Sequence record: NC_049341.1
DNA length: 31,194 nucleotides
Direction: 5' to 3' (one strand)
Source: Escherichia phage 503458
Part shown: positions 1-11,272 of the stretch, in pieces
How the letters are laid out: every line of letters starts with the position of its first letter
Numbering within the stretch: position 1 is the first letter of the stretch
Notes under the pieces: model-generated
Database searches by the model: none
Told to the model about the DNA's origin: nothing
What the model saw: only the letters and a program-made list of their open reading frames with translations
Position numbers and translations under genes: made by a program

Positions 1-884
1 TAGCTGCTGCCACTTTGCCGCCGCTGCACGTCTTGCTGCCTGCTCGTTCTGATAAGTCTTGCGTAACACAAACACGTTGCCTTCCGCGCCTTCCATATAG
101 TCGCCTTCCCGGCTGCTGCTTTTCTCCTTTTTCGGTTTGCGGCGTTTCACGCTGACTTTTTTCTTTTTCCCGTAATTAAGATCAAGCCAGTAGGCGCGTA
201 CACCCGTATACGCCTCGCGGTCAGCAATGCGAAACTGATGGCGATCGCCGCTGCTGCGTGTGATGGCAAACGATGGCAATGGTTTTCCCTGTGCGTTCAC
301 GCCACCGCCTGGCATGATGAATAACAGATTACCGCTTTTTACCGTGGTGATTGCGCCCAGCATTTCCGCCATGCGCGTAAGGAAGGACATGTCGCTTTCT
401 TCGGTCTGGTCGGCGTGGTCGATTTCGATATCCATCAGCATTTCGCTGATTTGCGGTTTCAGGCCGTACCGGTGAGCGATAGCAGATACCACGCGCTCAA
501 CGGTCACATCATGCCAGGACACTTCACGTTTAACGTTAAATTCATCCCGAAAATCTGCGCTTCTGGCTGAAACAGTCAGCCTGTCCGGCGGACCTTCGTG
601 AGCGATTTCATCAACAATGTAAGTGCCTTTTTCTGTCAGCGGTTCTCCTTTCCAGCAATGAGAACGTCAGGCGCGCGCCCGTGGCGGTAGCTGCAACTGA
701 CCATCCGCATCATCCAGCGTGATGGTGAGCTGGTCCGCTTCAAATCCCCGGTTGTCGGTCAGTGACAGACTCATCAGCGCTCTGCCACGCCGGACAGCGT
801 TTTCCCCTCCGCGAGAATATCAAAATCCGGCATTTTCACGGGGTCTGTGCTCTGACTGAGCAATTGCATGGTGGTGTCGGTCAT
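1..884 (-). pseudogene. D: P2 gpD-like tail protein (late gene D); C-terminus runs off the left edge; N-terminal third broken by at least two single-base frameshifts (~645-700 and ~775)
   Basis: Reverse-strand translation of 1-640 gives one open frame (…EIAHEGPPDRLTVSARSADF…REAYTGVRAYW…AARRAAAAKWQQL) resembling P2 gpD from memory; N-terminal pieces (MTDTTMQLL…, MSLSLTDNRGFEADQL…) lie in other frames; RBS GGAGG upstream of ATG at 884. Confidence 0.65.
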
Positions 885-1999
885 CTTTCCTCCCTGTGCG
901 GCATGGTGCATGTGCGTGCGGAGGGGTTACTGCTTTTTGTTGTCGCCGTGGCGGGAGAACGGCGCAGGGGTGAGATTACGCGCGTGGTGGGTGATGATTG
1001 TTGCCGAATCATTTAACGGATACAGGGGCTGAAGCTATGAGTGAAACTCGTTTTCATGGTGCCCGTGTTACGGAAAGTACCGACCTGGTAACAGCGATTA
1101 ATGATGTTGATTCCAGTGTTATCGGTACGTGGCAACGGCGGATGATGCGGATGCGGAGCTGTTCCCGCTGAACAAGCCCACACTGCTGACCCGCGTCAAT
1201 GACGTGCTGGAAAATGCGGAACAACGGGGACGCTTTATCGTGCGCTTAAGGCCATCGCAGACAGGTGAGCACAAAGGTGATCGTCGTTCGCGTGGCTGAA
1301 CACAAAAAGAAGACGGAAAAACGCAGGATCAACTGGTTATCGGTGGTTCTGAATCTGACGGCAGCTATACGGGATGTATGCGCTGCTTGTTGCAGAGCAG
1401 GATGAAAGCATCGGATACCGTCCGCGTATTCTGGCCGCGCCGGAGCTGGATACGGAGGCGGTAACAAAATCCCTGTGCGTGATTGCGGGTAAACTGCGCG
1501 CGTTTGTGTATGCCTCATGTCACGGCTGTAACACGATGGCTGAGGCGATTACCTACCGCCAGAAATTCAACGAACGTGAGTGATGCTCTTATGGCCGGAC
1601 TTCATCGCCTACAACCCGAAAAGTGGCAAAAACGAAACGTTCCCCGCGCCTGCCTATGCGTGCGGCCTTCGTGCGTACATTGACCATGAGCAGGGCTGGC
1701 ACAAATCGCTGTCCAACGTTCCGGTTAAAAATGTGCTGGGGATGTCCAGGCATGTGTTCTGGTCGTTGCAGGCCGAAGACAGTGATGCCAACAGCCTCAA
1801 CAACAAAGAAATCACGACCATTATTCGTCGCAACGGGTTCCGCTTCTGGGGCAACCGCACACCGGAAACGAACGCCTACATCTTTGAGGTGTATACCGAA
1901 CCGCACAGGTGCTGGCTGATTCAATTGCGGAAGCGCAGTTTGAAACCATCGACAGTCCACTGACGCCTGCGAACGTGAAAGATGTTATCAGTGCCATCA

Positions 2000-3950
<1,951 letters not shown>

Positions 3951-4170
3951 CCATCAGGGCAAAACTGGATTCACTGGTTACTGCCGGGAAACTGATTGGG
4001 GCGTCGTGCTGGTATGACGTGGTGGATAACGGCACCACGAATTTACGTCAGGGGCGCGTGCGTATTCGCTACAAATATACGCCCGTTCCGCCACTGGAAG
4101 ACATGGAGCTTTACCAGTCGTTTACTGATGAATTCTTTGGTCCCGCATTTGCGGTGCTGGGAGGTGTCTG

Positions 4171-4683
4171 ATGGCTGTACCAAAACATCTTCGCTTTTTT
4201 ACGCTGTTTGTGGATGGTGAAAACGAAGTGGGTAAGGTGACGTCCGTCACTCTGCCTAAGCTGACGCGCAAAACCGACAGCTACCGGGGTGGTGGCATGA
4301 TGGGTGCGGTAAGTATTGATCTCGGTCTGGACGACTCCGCGCTTGATGCGAGCTTTGTCATGGGGGGCGCAGTTCGTGAGCTGTTCCTTAAGTATGGCGG
4401 CACGATTGACGGCACGCTGCTGCGTTTTGCGGGTGAATACTACACCGATGCAGAAAGCGACCTGTATGAAGTCGAAATGCGCGGACGTGTGACGGAAATT
4501 GATATGGGGGAAGCCAAACAGGGCGAAGCCACATCACACACTTACGCCATTAAAAACACCTACTACAAGCTGAGTGTTAACGATCGCCCGTTGTGGGAGA
4601 TTGACCTGCTGAACTTCATTTACCGGAAGGACGGCAAGGACATTGTGCCCGATCGCATCCGTTCCGCGCTTGGGCTTGGCTGA
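4171..4683 (+). CDS. FII: Tail tube protein FII
   Basis: 170-aa ORF directly after FI; P2 FII-like sequence; ATG overlaps FI stop. Confidence 0.85.
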   Translation: MAVPKHLRFFTLFVDGENEVGKVTSVTLPKLTRKTDSYRGGGMMGAVSIDLGLDDSALDASFVMGGAVRELFLKYGGTIDGTLLRFAGEYYTDAESDLYEVEMRGRVTEIDMGEAKQGEATSHTYAIKNTYYKLSVNDRPLWEIDLLNFIYRKDGKDIVPDRIRSALGLG

Positions 4684-4738
4684 TAAGTAATATGCTGGCG
4701 GCGCAGTGCGTCGCCTCTGACTGAAAAGGAGACAACAG

Positions 4739-5113
4739 ATGAAAGACATCGATACTGAAACCCGGAATAACACCGTGGCGGATAATGTGACGGCAGTTGA
4801 GGATATGGCTGTCGAACGTGGCGTAAAACTGACCCGACCAATTGAGCGTGGTGGCGAAAAAATCACGTATGTGGAGATCACCGGGGCTATTGAGCAGGCT
4901 GGATCCCTGCGTGGTCTGTCGCTGTCTGATGTGCTGAATCTGAAAGCGGATACCATGTTCACGCTGTTGCCTCGCGTGACCTCGCCACGACTGGATGAAG
5001 TGATGATTAAAAAAATGTCGTCACGCGATTTTATTCAGTTGTGCGCTGTGGCTGTAAATTTTATGAGCGAGCCAGACTCTGGCGCGAAGAGCGTGCAGGA
5101 GACGGCAGCGTAA
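4739..5113 (+). CDS. E: Tail assembly chaperone gpE (zero-frame product)
   Basis: 124-aa ORF between tube and tape-measure genes, the conserved position of gpE. Confidence 0.75.
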   Translation: MKDIDTETRNNTVADNVTAVEDMAVERGVKLTRPIERGGEKITYVEITGAIEQAGSLRGLSLSDVLNLKADTMFTLLPRVTSPRLDEVMIKKMSSRDFIQLCAVAVNFMSEPDSGAKSVQETAA

Positions 5114-5277
5114 TCACCCTGGTGTGCTTTGAGCACATCGAAGATCTGGTGGCGGATATTGCCGCCATTTTTAACTGGTCGCCCGCCGAAATCTTCATGA
5201 TGACGCCCGGCGAAGTGGTTAGCTGGCGTGAGCGGGCGGCACTTCGTAGCGGGAATGCAGACAATGAAGACTCTTGA
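4739..5277 (+). CDS. gpE+E' fusion predicted by -1 programmed frameshift near the A7 run at 5009-5015
   Basis: The -1 frame has a stop at 5008-5010 and is then open from 5011 to 5277, overlapping the 3' part of E and ending inside the T start; C-terminal …FNWSPAEIFMMTPGEVVSWRERAALRSG resembles E' regions from memory. Confidence 0.55.
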
Positions 5278-8071
5278 TATCCGGGTCGCTTTCAGCGCCG
5301 TTGACAGGCTGACCCGGCCTGCCGAAAACGCCCGCCGCCTGATGGGGCAGTTTGGTGACTCCATCCAGCGAACGCAGGGGGCGATCAAAAATCTCGAGCG
5401 TCAGGCGCGATCATTTGAGCGCGCCCGTGACGCTGTCAGTAAAGCGGATGCGGGCATCGTGAAAGCACGACGCCAGCTTAACGCCCTTAATCAGTTACAA
5501 CGCACGGGTACAGTGCTCAGCGAAAAACAACAAAAGCTGATGCAGCAGTTAAGCACCCGGCTTGAACGCCTGAATGAATCGCGCACACGGGAAATTCAGA
5601 AAATGCGGGAGCTTGGCGGAGAGCTGAAACGCCACGGCATTTCCCTGACAGGCAGCGATAACACCATCCAGCAGGCCATCAGACGCACCGAACAGTACAA
5701 CAACCAGCTTGAACGCGAACGGCAGGCGCTTGCGCGTGTAACACGGGCGCGTGAGCGGTATTCGCGCGCGCAGGAAACAGCGGGAAAACTGAAAACAGGT
5801 GGTGCGCTGGCAATTGGTGCGGCAGCGGCGGGCGGCTATGCTGCCGGGCGTTTTTTGCAGCCTGCGATCGGGTTCGGCAAAGAGATGTCCCGCGTTCAGG
5901 CACTGACGCGAATCGACCAGAACAGCCCGCAGTTTAAGGCGCTGCGTGAGCAGGCGTTAAAACTTGGCTCTGAAACGCAGTTCACCGCAGGCGATGCCGC
6001 CAGTGGACAGGCATTTCTTGCAATGGCTGGCTTTACACCACAGGCCATTCAGGCTGCGCTCCCTGGCGTACTGAGCATGGCAACGGCTGGCGGTATGGAC
6101 CTCGGTGAGACGGCGGATATTGGCTCAAATATTCTGACGCAGTTCGGTCTTTCTGCTGACCAGATGGACCGGGTCGGCGACACACTCACCGCAGCGTTTA
6201 CCCGTACCAACACTGACCTTCGCGCACTGGGTGAAACCATGAAATATGCAGGTCCGGTGGCGGGTAAGCTGGGAATATCGCTGGAGCAGGCCGCAGCGAT
6301 GGCGGGCGTGCTGGCGAATATGGGTATCAGGGGGAGTGATGCTGGTACGGCAATGCGTGCCAGCCTGGCTCGTCTGGCATCACCGCCAAAGGCGGCAGCA
6401 GAGGCGCTGAAAGAGCTTGGCGTGTCTGTCTCGGATGCCGGGGGCAAAATGCGCCCGATGGAGGATGTGCTGGCTGACCTTTATAAAGCTACCCGCAAAT
6501 ACGGGGAAGTTGACCGGGTATCGTTCTTTAAGGACATTGCCGGAGAAGAGGCTTTCACATCATTTATGGCCCTCGTTGATGCGGCAGGTGACGGCTCCTT
6601 ACCCAAACTGAGAAAAGAACTTGAAGGCGCGCGCGGTGAGGCTGAACGCACGGCAAAGGTTATGGCCAACAACCTTGACGGCGATCTGAAATCACTCAGC
6701 AGTGCATGGGAAGGGTTGCGCATCCGCATTGCAGATCTGATTGACGGTCCGCTGCGTTCTGTCACGCAGTGGCTCACGCGTGTGGTATCAAAGGTGACGG
6801 CGCTGGCGCAGGCCCATCCCGCACTGACGCGCCAGCTACTGATTGCAGGCGGTGCACTGCTGGCAATGACTGCAACGGTTGGCTCGTTGTCGCTGGCTAT
6901 TGGTGTGCTTGCTGGCCCGCTGGCAAAACTGCGTCTTGGTTTTTCCCTCCTGACCGGATCAATGAATGCTGTCAGGGGTCTGCCAGCACTATGGGGAATG
7001 GTGACGGGTTCCGTTTCTTTACTGGGAGGCGCTATCGGGGCGTTGTTCAGTCCGGTTGGTCTTATCGTGGCTGCGCTTGCCGGAGCTGCCGTTCTTATCT
7101 GGAAATACTGGGATCCCATCAGGGCATTTTTTGCCGGGGTGTTCAGCGGGATTATGGAAAGGCTGACCCCGTTGCGCGAAACCTTTGAACGGTTTGGTCC
7201 TGTTTTTGACGCAATCGGGAGTGGGATCAGCCAGGTGTTTAACTGGTTTAAATCGCTGCTGTCACCGATGGAGTCCAGCAAGGAAACTCTGGATAAATGT
7301 ACCAGTGCTGGCGAGATATTCGGTAACGTTCTTGGCGGTGCGTTACAACTTGTTCTGACACCTGCAAAAATGTTGCTGGATACGCTGGCGTGGATACTTG
7401 AAAAGCTTGGTGTGCTTCCGGATGAAGCGGAAAGGGCGCGCAAGAAAATCGAAGACGCACAGCGTGCGGCCATTCTTCAGGACAAGGTTGCCTTGCTTCA
7501 GGGGGACCTGGCGAAAATCAATCCGCCGAAGCCTGTGGAAAATGGCAATGGCACCGGAGGTGATAACCCCAAAGACAATAAACCGCTCACAGACAGCAAT
7601 ACCGGTACGCTGCGCAGACTCAGCAAAATTGCTGATAACACAGGTAAGCTGGTTGAGGAGACGAAAAAACGCATTGGCCCCGGCGATATTGTCTTTAAAA
7701 ACCTGCCCCGAGCACTTGCTGTTCGTGGGGAGTGGCAGGAGCGGAAGATTGCGCAGGTCAGTAAGCCTGCCCCCGCAATTAATATCACACCCGTGGTCCC
7801 GGCTCCGCTGCCTCCGGCGCTGGTCCCTGTTGTTGCGGCCAGCTCCCGCCCGGTGGCGGAGGCTATACGATCTCCAGTGGTATCAGTTCCTGTAACTTCC
7901 CGTAACCGGGAGCCTGTTGCCTCCGGATTTGGTGGTGAAATTCATGTTCATCTGCATAACGTTGTTACGCAGAATCCCCGCGAACTGGCGAAACTGGTCG
8001 GTGAAATGGTCAGGGCAGAAATGGAACGGCGCGCCCGTGCCGGGCGTGGCAGTTTTTACGATAAAGATTGA
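5255..8071 (+). CDS. T: Tail tape measure protein gpT (~940 aa); start could be 5228, 5255 or 5264
   Basis: Single 947-aa ORF; coiled-coil N-terminus, hydrophobic Gly/Ala-rich central region, position after E/E'. Confidence 0.9.
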   Translation: MQTMKTLDIRVAFSAVDRLTRPAENARRLMGQFGDSIQRTQGAIKNLERQARSFERARDAVSKADAGIVKARRQLNALNQLQRTGTVLSEKQQKLMQQLSTRLERLNESRTREIQKMRELGGELKRHGISLTGSDNTIQQAIRRTEQYNNQLERERQALARVTRARERYSRAQETAGKLKTGGALAIGAAAAGGYAAGRFLQPAIGFGKEMSRVQALTRIDQNSPQFKALREQALKLGSETQFTAGDAASGQAFLAMAGFTPQAIQAALPGVLSMATAGGMDLGETADIGSNILTQFGLSADQMDRVGDTLTAAFTRTNTDLRALGETMKYAGPVAGKLGISLEQAAAMAGVLANMGIRGSDAGTAMRASLARLASPPKAAAEALKELGVSVSDAGGKMRPMEDVLADLYKATRKYGEVDRVSFFKDIAGEEAFTSFMALVDAAGDGSLPKLRKELEGARGEAERTAKVMANNLDGDLKSLSSAWEGLRIRIADLIDGPLRSVTQWLTRVVSKVTALAQAHPALTRQLLIAGGALLAMTATVGSLSLAIGVLAGPLAKLRLGFSLLTGSMNAVRGLPALWGMVTGSVSLLGGAIGALFSPVGLIVAALAGAAVLIWKYWDPIRAFFAGVFSGIMERLTPLRETFERFGPVFDAIGSGISQVFNWFKSLLSPMESSKETLDKCTSAGEIFGNVLGGALQLVLTPAKMLLDTLAWILEKLGVLPDEAERARKKIEDAQRAAILQDKVALLQGDLAKINPPKPVENGNGTGGDNPKDNKPLTDSNTGTLRRLSKIADNTGKLVEETKKRIGPGDIVFKNLPRALAVRGEWQERKIAQVSKPAPAINITPVVPAPLPPALVPVVAASSRPVAEAIRSPVVSVPVTSRNREPVASGFGGEIHVHLHNVVTQNPRELAKLVGEMVRAEMERRARAGRGSFYDKD

Positions 8072-8077
8072 GGAGTC

Positions 8078-8572
8078 ATGGCCATGATGATGATCTACGG
8101 CATGTTTGTTTTTGAGCTGCGCACGCTGCCGCATCAGCAGTTACAGCAAAACAAAAGCTGGCGGCATGTGAAAAATGAACGCGTTAACCGTTCAGCAAGC
8201 TGGCAGTATATCGGTGCAGGTGATGATCGCATCGTTCTTTCTGGTGTGCTTTATCCTGAAATTACAGGTGGCGAAGTGTCGCTGTCGCTGCTGACCACGC
8301 AGGCGTATACAGGACGACCCTGGCCTTTGATTGATGGCGTCGGGCAGATTTACGGCATGTATGTCCTGACTGAAACGAATACGACCCGCTCCGAGTTTGA
8401 TCGCTACGGTAAGGCGAAAAAGATAGAATTTTCACTGACTCTTGAACGCTGTGATGAGGATTTGCGGGAGCGCCTGCAATCCTCATCGTTCAGTGATATG
8501 CTGTCCGGCTTCAAAGATAAGGTGACATCATCTCTTAACAGCGCGGCCAGTTCAGTTAAAGGGCTGTTCTGA
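8078..8572 (+). CDS. U: Tail protein gpU
   Basis: 164-aa ORF MAMMMIYGMFVFELRTLPHQQ…SWRH… resembling P2 gpU; RBS GAGGAG upstream. Confidence 0.85.
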   Translation: MAMMMIYGMFVFELRTLPHQQLQQNKSWRHVKNERVNRSASWQYIGAGDDRIVLSGVLYPEITGGEVSLSLLTTQAYTGRPWPLIDGVGQIYGMYVLTETNTTRSEFDRYGKAKKIEFSLTLERCDEDLRERLQSSSFSDMLSGFKDKVTSSLNSAASSVKGLF

Positions 8573-8581
8573 TTTAACACA

Positions 8582-8611
8582 AAAACCGCTAATGGTCAGA
8601 TTAGCGGTTTT
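8582..8611. terminator. Hairpin terminator between convergent U and invertase genes
   Basis: AAAACCGCTAAT-GGTCAG-ATTAGCGGTTTT perfect 12-bp stem followed by T-rich tract; overlaps the invertase stop codon. Confidence 0.6.
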
Positions 8612-9200
8612 CATTTTCCTGAGTCTGCCCGGTTGTTTCTTCAGTCTGTATATCGCCTACAGGGTGATAACGATAAATCGTCGATGTGCCAATGCCGTAA
8701 ATTATTGCCAGTTGTTTTCTGTCGTGCCCGTTTTTGATTAGCCTTGCTATTTGCTCATGCTGTTCTTTTGTCAGCTTCGGTCGACGTCCGCCTGTGCGCC
8801 CCCTTGCGCGCGCTGCCGCCAGCCCGGCCAGTGTACGTTCAACAATTAATTCACGTTCCATTTCAGCCAGGGCACCCATCACGTGGAAGAAAAAACGCCC
8901 CATTGGAGAAGATGTGTCTATGCTGTCGGTCAGACTGCGAAAATTAATCCCTAGCTCCCGTAGTTCCCCGACAAGAGAAATCAGATGTTTCATGCTTCGC
9001 CCGAGGCGATCCAGTTTCCAGACAACCAGCGTGTCACCTTTTTGAAGGCGCTTTAAAGCGCGTTTTAATCCCGGTCGGTCTGTCTTTGTCCCGCTTAATT
9101 TATCTTCAAATATTTGTTCACATCCTGCACAAACAAGAGCGTTTCGTTGCAGGTCTGTATTCTGGTCATTTGTTGATACCCTTACATAGCCAATCAGCAC
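8601..9200 (-). CDS. Serine DNA invertase, Gin/Cin/Pin/Hin family (probable GTG start at 9200; track ORF extends to 9218)
   Basis: (M)LIGYVRVSTNDQNTDLQRNAL…VVWKLDRLGRSMKHLISLVGELRE…C-terminal HTH; very similar to Mu Gin from memory; GGGAGA RBS before GTG. Confidence 0.9.
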   Translation of the reverse strand: MLIGYVRVSTNDQNTDLQRNALVCAGCEQIFEDKLSGTKTDRPGLKRALKRLQKGDTLVVWKLDRLGRSMKHLISLVGELRELGINFRSLTDSIDTSSPMGRFFFHVMGALAEMERELIVERTLAGLAAARARGRTGGRRPKLTKEQHEQIARLIKNGHDRKQLAIIYGIGTSTIYRYHPVGDIQTEETTGQTQENENR

Positions 9201-9254
9201 ACTGAATCTCCCGTCCAAAAGCGCAAATCATGCCATGCAGGCCAGAAACGGCCA

Positions 9255-9280
9255 TTATTTAAAACCTCGGTTTGCAGGAA
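9255..9280. other. gix-like crossover site 1 (left boundary of invertible segment)
   Basis: TTATTTAAAACC-TC-GGTTTGCAGGAA, 12-2-12 architecture resembling gix/hix/cix sites. Confidence 0.8.
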
Positions 9281-10177
9281 ACGGTAAACAGGGCCAGGAA
9301 CGCGGTGCAAAAGAATGGTGATACCTTGTCCGGTGGGCTTACTTTTGAAAACGACTCAATCCTTGCCTGGATTCGAAATACTGACTGGGCAAAGATTGGA
9401 TTTAAAAATGATGCCGACAGCGATACTGATTCATATATGTGGTTTGAAACAGGTGACAACGGCAATGAATATTTCAAATGGAGAAGTCGCCAGAGCACCA
9501 CAACAAAAGACCTGATGAATCTTAAATGGGATGCTCTGTATGTTCTTGTTAAAGCCCTTTTCAGCAGTGAAGTAAAAATATCTACAGTCAATGCACTGAG
9601 GATATTTAATTCATCTTTTGGGGCTATTTTTCGCCGTTCTGAAGAAAACCTGTATATCATTCCTACACGAGAAAATGAGGGTGAAAATGGAGATATTGGG
9701 CCATTAAGGCCATTCGGCATCAACTTAAGAACAGGAATTGTGTTTGTTGGTAATGGTGCCAGGATTGATGGCGGGCTGGCACTTGGCACGAATAACGCGT
9801 TGGGTGGGAACTCTATTGTTCTTGGTGATAACGACACCGGATTTAAACAAAATGGCGATGGTAATCTGGATGTTTATGCTAATAACGTCCATGTTATGCG
9901 CTTTGTTTCCGGAAGCATTCAAAGTAATAAGACTATAAATATTACGGGGCGTGTTAATCCCTCGGATTACGGTAACTTTGATTCCCGCTATGTGAGAGAT
10001 ATCAGACTTGGCACACGTGTTGTCCAGACCATGCAGAAAGGGGTGATGTATGAGAAAGTAGGGCACGTAATTACCAGGCTTGGTATTGTCGGTGAAGTCG
10101 ATGGTGATGACCCCGCAGTATTCAGGCCAATACAAAAATACATCAATGGCACATGGTATAACGTCGCACAGGTGTAA
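9269..10177 (+). CDS. Alternative tail-fibre C-terminal variable segment (Sv'-like), promoterless in this orientation
   Basis: Open frame starts at the gix core; inversion would fuse it in frame to the H constant region (…VIEYLG-LQETVNRARNAV…); C-terminus …INGTWYNVAQV parallels H C-terminus …INGTWYNAGSI. Confidence 0.75.
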   Translation, partial: GLQETVNRARNAVQKNGDTLSGGLTFENDSILAWIRNTDWAKIGFKNDADSDTDSYMWFETGDNGNEYFKWRSRQSTTTKDLMNLKWDALYVLVKALFSSEVKISTVNALRIFNSSFGAIFRRSEENLYIIPTRENEGENGDIGPLRPFGINLRTGIVFVGNGARIDGGLALGTNNALGGNSIVLGDNDTGFKQNGDGNLDVYANNVHVMRFVSGSIQSNKTINITGRVNPSDYGNFDSRYVRDIRLGTRVVQTMQKGVMYEKVGHVITRLGIVGEVDGDDPAVFRPIQKYINGTWYNVAQV

Positions 10178-10180
10178 TTT

Positions 10181-10708
10181 ATGCAGCATTTAAAAAATAT
10201 TACTGCGGGTAATCCAAAAACTGTTGCCCAATATCAACTGACAAAAAATTTTGATGTTATCTGGTTATATACAGAAGACGGTAAAAACTGGTATGAGGAA
10301 GTAAATAGCTTTCAGGAAGACACCATAAAGATTGTTTACGACGAAAATAATATTATTGTTGCCATAACCAAAGATGCCTCAACGCTTAATCCCGAAGGCT
10401 TTAGTGTCGTTGAGATTCCAGATATAACAGTCAATCGTCGTGCCGATGATTCAGGGAAGTGGATGTTTAAGGACGGAACTGTGGTTAAGCGGATTTATAC
10501 AGCAGACGAACAGCAACAACAGGCCGAATCACAAAAGGCCGCATTGCTTTCCGAAGCTGAATCAGTCATCCAGCCACTGGAACGCGCTGCCAGGCTGAAT
10601 ATGGCAACAGACGAGGAGCGCACACGACTGGAGTCATGGGAACGCTACAGTGTTCTGGTCAGCCGTGTGGATACGGCAAATCCTGAATGGCCACAAAAGC
10701 CTGAATAA
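10181..10708 (+). CDS. Tail fibre assembly chaperone (Tfa), alternative copy
   Basis: 175 aa, [14 protein letters not shown]… N-terminus and …[20 protein letters not shown]-terminus typical of Tfa proteins; paralogous to 10737-11270. Confidence 0.85.
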   Translation: MQHLKNITAGNPKTVAQYQLTKNFDVIWLYTEDGKNWYEEVNSFQEDTIKIVYDENNIIVAITKDASTLNPEGFSVVEIPDITVNRRADDSGKWMFKDGTVVKRIYTADEQQQQAESQKAALLSEAESVIQPLERAARLNMATDEERTRLESWERYSVLVSRVDTANPEWPQKPE

Positions 10709-10713
10709 AAATT

Positions 10714-10733
10714 AAGGCCCGCTATCGGGCCTT
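10714..10733. terminator. Hairpin between the two convergent tfa genes
   Basis: AAGGCCCG-CTAT-CGGGCCTT. Confidence 0.5.
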
Positions 10734-10736
10734 GTC

Positions 10737-11270
10737 TCATTCAGGTTGTTCGGGAAACGTTACTGGCAGGCTGGAAGTGTCTGTAGATTCGACTTTCTGC
10801 GCAAAGAGTATCCACTCTGTTAATTTTTGTTTACTCTCGTCGGAAATGATGCCCAGCCGTAGCTGTGAGTCCCATAACTGGGTTTTATCCCTGACAAGTT
10901 GCAACAGGCTTTGCTTTTCATTCTCTGCCTGCTGCCTCTGCTCTTCCCCGGTATAAGTTCGCTTTATCACTACGCCATCTTTGAACATCCATTTACCCGA
11001 AATATCAGCCCGGCGATTTGCTGTAATATCAGGTAATTCAACGACGCTTGCGCCTTCCGGATTAATTGCTGAAACATCCTTTTCAATACAAATAATAACG
11101 CCGTTATGGTCATAGACCATTTTCAAAGTGTCTGGCTGGAAATTCTTTTGTTCCTCATACCAGTTTTTTCCATCATCTGAATAAAGCCATTTGATGTTAA
11201 ATTGCTTTGTTAGCTGGTATTGCTCTTTTGTTTTAGGGTTGCCAGTAGTAATGTTTTTTAAGTGCATCAT
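10737..11270 (-). CDS. Tail fibre assembly chaperone (Tfa/gpG-like), currently expressed copy
   Basis: 177 aa, MMHLKNITTGNPKT…; immediately downstream of H on the same strand. Confidence 0.85.
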   Translation of the reverse strand: MMHLKNITTGNPKTKEQYQLTKQFNIKWLYSDDGKNWYEEQKNFQPDTLKMVYDHNGVIICIEKDVSAINPEGASVVELPDITANRRADISGKWMFKDGVVIKRTYTGEEQRQQAENEKQSLLQLVRDKTQLWDSQLRLGIISDESKQKLTEWILFAQKVESTDTSSLPVTFPEQPE

Positions 11271-11272
11271 CG

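Noticed and set aside
885-1036. Ogr/Delta-type late activator box (TGT-N12-ACA) upstream of FI and in the O/P intergenic region
   Set aside because: No exact TGT-N12-ACA dyad found on manual scan; only near matches.
6481-7473. 330-aa minus-strand ORF inside the tape-measure gene
   Set aside because: Antisense to the well-supported 947-aa T gene; Ala/Ser/Pro-rich low-complexity translation typical of a GC-rich antisense frame.
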